A stretch of 64,000 nt of DNA from Patescibacteria group bacterium (GTDB lineage Bacteria > Patescibacteriota > Patescibacteriia > Patescibacteriales > WJLG01), in contig JAQUPS010000006.1 in assembly GCA_028716485.1 (NCBI GenBank), forward strand, positions 651-64,650. The letters are read 5' to 3'. Below are positions 27,482 to 34,963 of the stretch, one piece after another (position 1 is the first letter of the stretch; each line of letters opens with the position of its first letter). Made by a program: the position numbers and the translations under genes. The notes beneath the pieces are model-generated. The model was not told the DNA's origin. It saw only the letters and a list, made by a program, of their open reading frames with translations, and ran no database searches.

Positions 27482-28078
27482 ATGATATTAGGAATTAAAA
27501 AGCTCCACGAATTGGTAGAGGAAATAAAATTAGTGGAAGGTTTGTGCGAGCGGGAAATGAACAATCCCGAAGGCGCGGGCTTTGATTTACGCTTGAGCGA
27601 GGTTTATCAGCTCGAGGGTGACGGATTTTTGGGCGTGGAAGAGCGGCAAACTCCGGCGGCTAAATTGATTGCTAAAGCAAAAAATTCCCCTCTCGAGAGG
27701 GGTGGCCAGCCCCTGGCTGGACGGGGTGTGTTAAACGCCGGCGATTCAGAAGATGCTTTCGTTTTTCAACCCGGCAAATATTATTTGATCAAGACGATGG
27801 AAAAAGTTAATCTGCCGACCAATCTTTCCGGCATTATTTTTCCCCGCACTACGATGTTCCGTTCCGGAATCGGGATGTTCAACGGCATAGTCCAGCCTGG
27901 CTATTCCGGCGAATTGACTTTCGGCGTCTGTAACCTTGGCCAATCCAATATTAAAATTTCTTTTGGCGCCCGCGTCGCCCATATCACTTTCCACGAAGTC
28001 CTCGGCGAGGGCAATCAATACAAAGGCCAATGGCAAGGCGGCCGCGTTTCTACCGGAGCCAAGGAAACTCAAATATGA
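27482..28078 (+). CDS. dcd: dCTP deaminase / dUTPase-superfamily protein
   Basis: MILGIKKLHELV start, GFDLRL, PRTTMFRSGI, VQPGYSGELTFGVCN. The track start at 27467 lies inside the repeat. Confidence 0.75.
   Translation: MILGIKKLHELVEEIKLVEGLCEREMNNPEGAGFDLRLSEVYQLEGDGFLGVEERQTPAAKLIAKAKNSPLERGGQPLAGRGVLNAGDSEDAFVFQPGKYYLIKTMEKVNLPTNLSGIIFPRTTMFRSGIGMFNGIVQPGYSGELTFGVCNLGQSNIKISFGARVAHITFHEVLGEGNQYKGQWQGGRVSTGAKETQI
27681..27736. repeat. family-2 double-hairpin element lying inside the dcd reading frame
   Basis: aaaattcccctctcgagaggggtggccagcccctggctggacggggtgtgtt encodes KNSPLERGGQPLAGRGVL. Confidence 0.55.
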
Positions 28079-28085
28079 AATTAAT

Positions 28086-28131
28086 AATGCTAAATGCTAA
28101 ATTTTTTATTTAGCATTTAGCATTTAGCATT
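28086..28131. repeat. 7-nt periodic inverted repeat (aatgcta / atttagc)
   Basis: Left arm 28086-28102 and right arm 28108-28131. Ends 2 nt before the thyA ATG. Confidence 0.75.
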
Positions 28132-28133
28132 AA

Positions 28134-29123
28134 ATGCAACATCCCGAACAACAATACCTCGACCTAATGCGCGATTTGCTTAAAAATGGCATTGAGCAAG
28201 TCGATGCCGGCACCGGCGTAAAGACTTATTCCCTTTTCGGGCGGCAAATCCGTTTTGATTTAAGCCAAGGCTTCCCGCTTTTGACGACCAAAAAAATATT
28301 TTGGCGCGGAATCGTGGAAGAAGTTTTTTGGTTTTTATCCGGCCAAAATAATATTAAATATTTAGTTGATAAAAATATTCACATTTGGGACGACTATCCT
28401 TACCGCATTTACCGGGAAAAAATGGCAACGGGGCAGGAAAAGGAAATGACCAAAGAGGAATTTATCGCCCAGATCGCCGCCGATAATGATTTTGCCGCCG
28501 AACACGGCGCTTTGCCGCATATTTACGGCGATATGTGGCGTCATTGGCCGACTCGAGCTGGCAAGACGATTGACCAGGTTCAATGGGTCGTCGATACTTT
28601 AAAAAAAGACCCAAGCGCGCATAATGCGCTGGTTAATTCCTGGAATCCCGAATATCTTTATGAAATGGCCGCGCCGGGCGAAGCCTGCCGCTTCCCGATC
28701 TGCCATAATTTATATCAAGTGAGCGTTCGCGGGGATAAATTGTTCCTACAGCTTTATCAGCGCACGGCTGACATATTTTTGGGCGTGCCTTTTAATATCG
28801 CCTCCTATGCGCTTTTGACAATAATTCTGGCGCAGATAATCGGTTATCAGCCGGGCGAATTCATCCATACTTTCGGCGATGTCCATTATTATGAAAATCA
28901 TCGCGAGGCAATCAAAGAACAATTGACCCGCGAACCGCTCCCCTTTCCGACTGTAAAATTAAATTCCAATGTTAAAAATATCGATGATTTCAAGCCGGAA
29001 TCTGTCGAACTTGTCGGTTATGAATCGCATCCGCCGATCAAAGCCGAACTTTCTCCTACCGGCGGCATCGTCGATAAATCCTGGAAAAAATTCGTGCAAG
29101 ATGAGAAGTCGAATAAAAAATAA
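28134..29123 (+). CDS. thyA: thymidylate synthase (ThyA)
   Basis: QQYLDLMRDLL start, FPICHNLYQ active-site Cys, and the DIFLGVPFNIASYALL motif. Confidence 0.95.
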   Translation: MQHPEQQYLDLMRDLLKNGIEQVDAGTGVKTYSLFGRQIRFDLSQGFPLLTTKKIFWRGIVEEVFWFLSGQNNIKYLVDKNIHIWDDYPYRIYREKMATGQEKEMTKEEFIAQIAADNDFAAEHGALPHIYGDMWRHWPTRAGKTIDQVQWVVDTLKKDPSAHNALVNSWNPEYLYEMAAPGEACRFPICHNLYQVSVRGDKLFLQLYQRTADIFLGVPFNIASYALLTIILAQIIGYQPGEFIHTFGDVHYYENHREAIKEQLTREPLPFPTVKLNSNVKNIDDFKPESVELVGYESHPPIKAELSPTGGIVDKSWKKFVQDEKSNKK

Positions 29124-29152
29124 TTTTTAATCTTGAATTTTTAATTGAAGAT

Positions 29153-29626
29153 ATGATATCAATGATCTGCGCAATCGGGCGCAACCGAGAAATCGGCAAT
29201 AAAAATAGCTTGCTTTGGAATATAAAGGGTGACATGAAACATTTTGTTCAAGCTACCCGCGGCAAAACGGTTGTTATGGGCGAAACGACCTATCATTCTT
29301 TGTTTATCAAGCCTTTGCCCGGCCGGCATAATATTGTTTTGACGATAAATAAGGATTTGATCGCGCCCGGCTGTGAAATATCTTTTGATCTGCAAGCGGT
29401 GGCGGAAAAATATCAGAATTCGCCCAAGGAAGTTTTTATTATCGGCGGCGCTTCTATTTATAAGCAATTCATCCCTTACGCTTCGAAACTTTATCTGACT
29501 TTAGTCGATGACGCGCCGGCGGCTGATACTTTTTTTCCTGATTATTCCGATTTCAAGATTATCTCCGAAAGCGAGACGCAAGAAGAAAACGGGATAAAGT
29601 ATAAATTCGCGGAATTAATGAAATAA
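29153..29626 (+). CDS. folA: dihydrofolate reductase
   Basis: ISMICAIGRNREIGNKNSLLWNIKGDMKHF...VVMGETTY...IIGGASIY. Confidence 0.9.
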   Translation: MISMICAIGRNREIGNKNSLLWNIKGDMKHFVQATRGKTVVMGETTYHSLFIKPLPGRHNIVLTINKDLIAPGCEISFDLQAVAEKYQNSPKEVFIIGGASIYKQFIPYASKLYLTLVDDAPAADTFFPDYSDFKIISESETQEENGIKYKFAELMK

Positions 29627-29661
29627 AAAAGGGCGAAGAAGTTGTTAAACTATCTTCGCCC
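29625..29661 (-). terminator. intrinsic terminator read on the minus strand (9-bp GC stem + U6)
   Basis: Minus strand reads gggcgaaga tagtttaacaac ttcttcgccc tttttt. On the plus strand the same hairpin follows folA with only a weak T tract. Confidence 0.65.
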
Positions 29662-29988
29662 TTGTGAGCACGGTCGTCGTGGCTGGTCGACGCGTGCTGA
29701 GCACGGACGTTGGATTGGTGTTAAGCATTGTGGCTTATCGTCAATAATCCAAGTCCGGTTTGGTCCGCGGCGAATTCGTCGGTTAAGCCATTGCTCATTA
29801 AATAATGAGCTAAGGCAGAGCCGGATGAGGCGACCAAGGCATAATGTGCGATGGATAAGCCATCTCCGGTCTCATAACCAAGACGAATCACGTCCGCGGC
29901 GCGTGTTGGCCAGCATTGATGCCGTTGTTCAGTAGTGAGCTGAAGAATGGGCTACTGGCCAAAATCAAAAGGAACATCTCAATGTTGT
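29626..29988 (-). ncRNA. candidate structured ncRNA of unknown class (~360 nt)
   Basis: Visibly GC-rich island in a 425-nt gap with 7+ consecutive hairpins. A minus-strand promoter lies at 29995-30023 and a minus-strand terminator at 29625-29661. No plausible protein frame. Confidence 0.45.
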
Positions 29989-29994
29989 ATAAGA

Positions 29995-30023
29995 ATATTA
30001 TCACAAAACAAAAATATTGTCAA
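29995..30023 (-). promoter_or_regulatory. sigma70-like promoter on the minus strand, TTGACA-17-TAATAT
   Basis: Minus strand reads ttgaca atatttttgttttgtga taatat (plus tgtcaa 30018-30023, atatta 29995-30000), with TG upstream of the -10. Confidence 0.5.
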
Positions 30024-30051
30024 TAGCTCATGAGAATAATTCAATGATATT

Positions 30052-30603
30052 ATGAAAAATAAGCTAATATTAGCGGTAGTAGGAATGTGCGGTTCGGGTA
30101 AAAGCGAGGTCGTAAAATACCTGGTCAAGAAATTAAATTGGCCGGTTGTTTATCTGGGCGAGATTACTTTTGATTGGATGAAAAAGAAAAAATTGGCGAT
30201 AAATAATCAAACGGAAATGTTCGCCCGCGAAAAAATCCGCGCCGAGCACGGCATGGGCGCTTATGCCAAATTATCTTTGCCGAAAATAGCCGCGCTCTTG
30301 AAAAAAAATCAAGGCGTCATCGTGGAAAGCTTATACAGCTGGAGCGAATATAAAATCTTAAAAGAAAAATACGACGATAGATTCAAGATTGTCGCCGCGC
30401 ACGCCTCCCCTGCCATCCGATTCAAACGGCTCAAATCAAGAAAAAATAATCGCCCGATGAAAAATTACGCCGAGTTCAAGGCCCGCGATTATTCGGAAAT
30501 CGAAAATATTGAGAAAGGCGGGCCGATCGCCATGGCCGATTATCTGATTCTTAACGAAGGGAATCTGCGCGACTTGCATAAAAAATTAGATAGTATAAGA
30601 TAA
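30052..30603 (+). CDS. P-loop nucleotide/nucleoside kinase-like protein (CoaE/dNMP-kinase-like)
   Basis: ILAVVGMCGSGKSEV Walker A. Small size and position after the thyA-folA cluster. Confidence 0.55.
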   Translation: MKNKLILAVVGMCGSGKSEVVKYLVKKLNWPVVYLGEITFDWMKKKKLAINNQTEMFAREKIRAEHGMGAYAKLSLPKIAALLKKNQGVIVESLYSWSEYKILKEKYDDRFKIVAAHASPAIRFKRLKSRKNNRPMKNYAEFKARDYSEIENIEKGGPIAMADYLILNEGNLRDLHKKLDSIR

Positions 30604-30631
30604 ATTAAACGTTCTTTATAAGGGAGGGATA

Positions 30632-30955
30632 ATGGAAGATATCGGCAAGAAAGACAAGCTGGTGCTGGGCCTATTCTGGATTTTCGCGGCGTGGAGCTGG
30701 TTGCAGGGATGTTTTCTATTCCACCTTGTCGCGGTAAAGAAATTGCCCTGGCAAAAGATTGGGGCGGTCGAAATAATCTCCCACGTCATATTGATCACGG
30801 CCGCCATCGCTATGATCATTAGATTTCCGATTTTGCGGTCGAAATTTTTGGAATTTAGCCGGAAGATAATCTGGCAAGTTAAAATAACGGCGGTTTTTCT
30901 GACAACTTTTGCGACACTGATTATTCTCGCGGCTTTAAAATTTCTCCTTGGCTGA
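30632..30955 (+). CDS. small membrane protein
   Basis: 107 aa with 3 hydrophobic helices. Confidence 0.45.
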   Translation: MEDIGKKDKLVLGLFWIFAAWSWLQGCFLFHLVAVKKLPWQKIGAVEIISHVILITAAIAMIIRFPILRSKFLEFSRKIIWQVKITAVFLTTFATLIILAALKFLLG

Positions 30956-30978
30956 CAAAATCATAGAATCAAAATCAT

Positions 30979-31011
30979 CCCGCGCCTTTTAAAACAGGCG
31001 CGGCTTTTTTA
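30979..31011 (+). terminator. intrinsic terminator (cccgcgcc / ggcgcgg + T6)
   Basis: Stem 30979-30986 / 30997-31003, then cttttttat. Confidence 0.7.
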
Positions 31012-31178
31012 TCTACGAATTCAGATAATCGAATTAGTAACAAAAATCATCAAATCTTCGCTTGATTTTTACCTATAAAAAGATTAAAATGAATATATCG
31101 ACCGGATACTATCAAGGCTTAACAAAATTCTGTTTATCAAATTTTTAACTTTCAACTTTTCATTTTAAATTGATTTAT

Positions 31179-32687
31179 ATGGAATACGACATTATCATCG
31201 GCATGGAAATCCACGCCGAGCTGAAAACCAAGTCCAAAATGTTCTGCCGCTGCGATAACAATGCGCGGGGAGCCGATCCGAATACCAAGACCTGTCCGAT
31301 CTGCCTTGGTCATCCCGGCACTCTACCCTACCCCAACCAGCAAGCCATCGAATGGACCGTGCTCTTGGGCTTGGGCTTGCATTGCCATATCAATGAATTT
31401 TCCAAATTCGACCGCAAGAATTATTTTTATCCCGACTTGCCCAAAGGCTATCAGATTTCGCAATTTGAAATTCCGTTCTGCTCCGGCGGCTGGCTGGATA
31501 TCGACGGCGAAAAAATTGCCATCACCAGAATTCATTTGGAAGAAGACACGGGAAAATCAACGCACCCGGCCGGCAAAAATTATTCTTTGATCGATTTGAA
31601 CCGCGCCGGCACGCCGCTGATTGAGTTAGTTACCGAACCGGTCATCCGCACGGCGGAAATGGCCAAGAAATTCTGCCAACGTTATCAGCAAATTTTGCGC
31701 TATCTGGATATTTCCAACGCCGATATGGAGCAGGGCGAAATGCGCTGCGAAGCCAATATTTCCCTTCAGGAAAAAGGCAAATGGCTTTACGAAGACGGCC
31801 TGATCAAACCGGTCGGCGACTACAAATTAAATCCCAAAGTCGAATTGAAAAATATCAATTCTTTCCGCGCCGTGGAAAAAGCGGTTTTATATGAAGTCGA
31901 GCGGCAGAAAAAAGCTTTAGCTTCCGGCGAGGAATTGCGCCAAGAAACAAGAGGCTGGAACGAAGAATCCGGCAAAACCGTCCATCAGCGCTTCAAAGAA
32001 ACTTCGGCTGATTATCGCTACTTCCCCGAACCGGACATTCCGCCGCTGAAATTTTCCGGCCAGATGATTTTGGAAATCAAGGCTAAACTGATCGAATTGC
32101 CTTCCGAGAAAAAAATCCGCTTCATCGATGAATACGGTTTTGACGCTATCACCGCGGAAATTTTAGTATCCGACAAGGCGCTGGCCGATTACGCCGAGCA
32201 CGTCGTTTCCGAATTGGAATCCTGGATTGTTTCCTGCGGCGATACCTGGGAACGGCAGAAAAATAAGCTGGCCAAATTGGCAAGCAATTATCTGATCAGC
32301 GAATTATTCAAACATCTCAAAGCCAACAATCAGACCATCCGCGATATCAAAATATCCGCGGAAAATTTCGCCGAGCTGATGACTTTGGTTTATCAAGACA
32401 AAATAAATTCTTCCGCCGCGCAGACGATTTTGGGCGTGATGTATGCCAAAGGTTCTGATCCGACCGACGTGATGTATGAACTCGGTCTGGAACAGATGGA
32501 CGACACCGCCGTCCTCGAAGCTGTCGTCAATTCTGTCTTGGCCGCCAATCCCGACCAGGTTGCCCAATACAAAGCCGGCAAGACTAATGTCGCCCAATTC
32601 CTCGTCGGCCGCGTGATGGCGGAAACCAAAGGCAAAGCCAATCCAAAGAAAGTACAGGAAATAATAGGAAAAATTTTGAAATCTTAA
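31179..32687 (+). CDS. gatB: Asp-tRNA(Asn)/Glu-tRNA(Gln) amidotransferase subunit B
   Basis: MEYDIIIGMEIHAELKTKSKMFC...CPICLGHPGTLP...HLEEDTGK. C-terminal YqeY-like tail. Confidence 0.95.
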   Translation: MEYDIIIGMEIHAELKTKSKMFCRCDNNARGADPNTKTCPICLGHPGTLPYPNQQAIEWTVLLGLGLHCHINEFSKFDRKNYFYPDLPKGYQISQFEIPFCSGGWLDIDGEKIAITRIHLEEDTGKSTHPAGKNYSLIDLNRAGTPLIELVTEPVIRTAEMAKKFCQRYQQILRYLDISNADMEQGEMRCEANISLQEKGKWLYEDGLIKPVGDYKLNPKVELKNINSFRAVEKAVLYEVERQKKALASGEELRQETRGWNEESGKTVHQRFKETSADYRYFPEPDIPPLKFSGQMILEIKAKLIELPSEKKIRFIDEYGFDAITAEILVSDKALADYAEHVVSELESWIVSCGDTWERQKNKLAKLASNYLISELFKHLKANNQTIRDIKISAENFAELMTLVYQDKINSSAAQTILGVMYAKGSDPTDVMYELGLEQMDDTAVLEAVVNSVLAANPDQVAQYKAGKTNVAQFLVGRVMAETKGKANPKKVQEIIGKILKS

Positions 32688-32849
32688 TTTTAAAATTTAA
32701 ATCAATTTTGATTTCGGCCGAATCCCTTTAAAAATAAATAATGAACTTCCTTGCGACGAGCATTGAAAAATTTCCCTTAAGTCGCGCCGCAAAAAATTTA
32801 TCACAGTCGCGACAAATTATATTTATTAATTAAGCCAATATCAAACTAT

Positions 32850-33086
32850 ATGCCGGGATTAAAAACGCGTCAGCTTAGGTTTTATGTCATTTCCGTTATT
32901 ATCGTTTTTGCAATCGTCCTATCTTTGCGATATTTTATCCTCGGACCATCCAGAGTGTTAGGGGTTGCCGTCTTCTGCGCCGGATTCCTCTTAGGCATGC
33001 TCGGGATGTTCATCGCCGCGCATCTTTATAGATCCAAGTCGCTCTGGAAAAGCCAAAATCGTTTGAATGAGCCGGAGAAAAAATAA
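32850..33086 (+). CDS. small two-TM membrane protein
   Basis: 78-aa ORF. Its stop overlaps the ABC-F start codon (TAATG). Confidence 0.45.
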   Translation: MPGLKTRQLRFYVISVIIVFAIVLSLRYFILGPSRVLGVAVFCAGFLLGMLGMFIAAHLYRSKSLWKSQNRLNEPEKK

Positions 33087-34834
33087 TGCCCATACTTTTA
33101 CAAGCGACGAATTTAAGCAAACAATATTCAGGCCAGAAAATATTTTCTGGCCTGGCTTTTACTGTCCGGACAAGGCAGAAAATCGGCGTCATCGGAAGGA
33201 ACGGCGCGGGCAAATCCACGCTGTTTAAAATATTGACCGATGAGGAAGAAGCCGACGAAGGCAAAGTCATTATCGGCACCGAGGCGCATATCGGTTATTT
33301 GAAACAGGAAGATGATTTTAATGATGCGGAAAGCGCGCTGGAATATTTGAAGCGGACGAGCGTGCAGGAAGTTTGGAATATTAAAAAATTGGCTGCTAAA
33401 TTTCAGCTGGACGAAGAAAAACTCAATCAAAAAGCCAAAGGTTTGTCCGGCGGCTGGCGGATGCGCTTGAAAATCACGGCTATGCTTTTGGCTCAGCCGA
33501 ATTTATTTCTCTTGGACGAGCCGACTAATTATTTGGACTTGAGCACTTTATTGTTATTGCAAAATTATCTGCAATCTTATAAAGGAAGTTTCTTGATCAT
33601 TTCTCATGATCGGGAATTTTTGAAAAAAACCTGCGAGGAAACTTTGGATATCTCCCCTGCCGGCTGTTATCATTACCCGGGCAATATTGAAAATTATTTG
33701 ACTTTCAAAGAGCAGAAACTTTCCACGCTGGTCAAAACCAACAAAGGTTTGGCGCGCCAGCAGGAGCATCTGCAGGAATTCGTCGATCGATTCCGCTACA
33801 GCGCCGCGCGCGCCAAGCAAGCCCAGTCTTTCATTAGGAAAATAAACAAGATCGAGGCAAAGCGTATCACTATCGAACATAAAGCCGGCATCACCAGGAT
33901 CAGCATTCCGCCGACTCCTAAACGGCATAATCTGGCTCTGCGCGTCAAAAATATGACTATCGGCTATGGCGATAAGCCGGTGGTGACAAATATTAATCTC
34001 GACCTGCCAGCCGGCGAAAAACTGGCAATTTTGGGCTTAAACGGACAAGGCAAGACCACCCTGCTCCGAACTTTGGCTGGTTTTTTGCCGCCGATAAATG
34101 GTTCGTTTCATTGGTCGGCCAATACCAAGACGGCCTATCATGGTCCGGATCCGATTGATAATTTAATCGGCAAAGAACAGGTCGGCGAATTCTTGCAGCG
34201 GATGGCCGCGACTGATTTAAAAACCCAGGCAGTCTTGAAAATGGCCGGCGATTTCTTATTCCATGATGATGAGCTGAAAAAATCGATCAGCGTTCTGTCC
34301 GGCGGCGAAAAATCAAGATTGCTTTTGGCCGGCCTGCTTTTGTCCAAGCCCGATATTTTCATTTTAGACGAACCGACCTGCCATTTGGATTTTGAAACTG
34401 TCGAAGCTCTGGGTTCGGCGCTGATGAAATTCAACGGCACGGTCATCTTTACCAGCCATGACCGGACTTTCAGCAATCTGCTCTCTACCGGCTTGCTGGA
34501 AATAAAAGACGGCCAAGCCGCCAGGATTCTGGATAGTTATGAAGATTATGTCGATGATTTGGAAGCGGAATTGGAGCAAGCGGATAAATCGGCGGCAACG
34601 AAGAAAAAAGATCAGCCTATCCATCGAGACGATGATTACCGCAAAAAACGAGCCGTCCAGAAAGAAGCGGCTCTGCTGGAAAAAAAATTAGAAAAGCTCA
34701 ATCTTAAACAGCTTGAACTCCTCCAATATTTTTTGGAAAATCCGGTTAATTTCGATCCAGGCAAAGTTCAGGAGCTGGAAGAAGTGAAGAAGATGATTGC
34801 CGACCGCGAAGACGAATGGCTGAAAATCAGCTGA
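33086..34834 (+). CDS. ABC-F family ATPase (two NBDs, no TMD)
   Basis: Two Walker A sites (GRNGAGKST, GLNGQGKTT), two signature motifs (LSGGWRM, LSGGEKS) and a charged C-terminal coiled coil. Confidence 0.9.
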   Translation: MPILLQATNLSKQYSGQKIFSGLAFTVRTRQKIGVIGRNGAGKSTLFKILTDEEEADEGKVIIGTEAHIGYLKQEDDFNDAESALEYLKRTSVQEVWNIKKLAAKFQLDEEKLNQKAKGLSGGWRMRLKITAMLLAQPNLFLLDEPTNYLDLSTLLLLQNYLQSYKGSFLIISHDREFLKKTCEETLDISPAGCYHYPGNIENYLTFKEQKLSTLVKTNKGLARQQEHLQEFVDRFRYSAARAKQAQSFIRKINKIEAKRITIEHKAGITRISIPPTPKRHNLALRVKNMTIGYGDKPVVTNINLDLPAGEKLAILGLNGQGKTTLLRTLAGFLPPINGSFHWSANTKTAYHGPDPIDNLIGKEQVGEFLQRMAATDLKTQAVLKMAGDFLFHDDELKKSISVLSGGEKSRLLLAGLLLSKPDIFILDEPTCHLDFETVEALGSALMKFNGTVIFTSHDRTFSNLLSTGLLEIKDGQAARILDSYEDYVDDLEAELEQADKSAATKKKDQPIHRDDDYRKKRAVQKEAALLEKKLEKLNLKQLELLQYFLENPVNFDPGKVQELEEVKKMIADREDEWLKIS

Positions 34835-34963
34835 CAGCCGCAATCAATCGGCTGTAAGCTGATTTTTTGCTTGACAAAAATGCCGCAAAGCCTTTAAATT
34901 AAGATGGTTTGCACCTTGAAAATAATCATATTAAATTAACCACCAAAACCAACGGAGGCTGGA

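Noticed and set aside
29642-29935. 97-aa plus-strand ORF in the folA-kinase gap
   Set aside because: The translation is Arg/His/Ser-rich nonsense with no SD. It coincides with a GC-rich hairpin-dense region better explained as a structured RNA, so the ORF is likely a by-product of GC richness.
29626-29988. Identification of the GC-rich RNA as RNase P RNA, tmRNA or SRP RNA
   Set aside because: - RNase P: AAGTCCGG- and CCGG-containing strings exist but are only ~70-110 nt apart, and no GGUAA/UGAAA-type S-domain motifs are present.
- tmRNA: there is no tRNA-like CCA end and no alanine-rich tag frame.
- SRP: there is no GGAA-tetraloop/AGCAGC domain IV.

None can be supported by eye. A covariance-model search is still needed.
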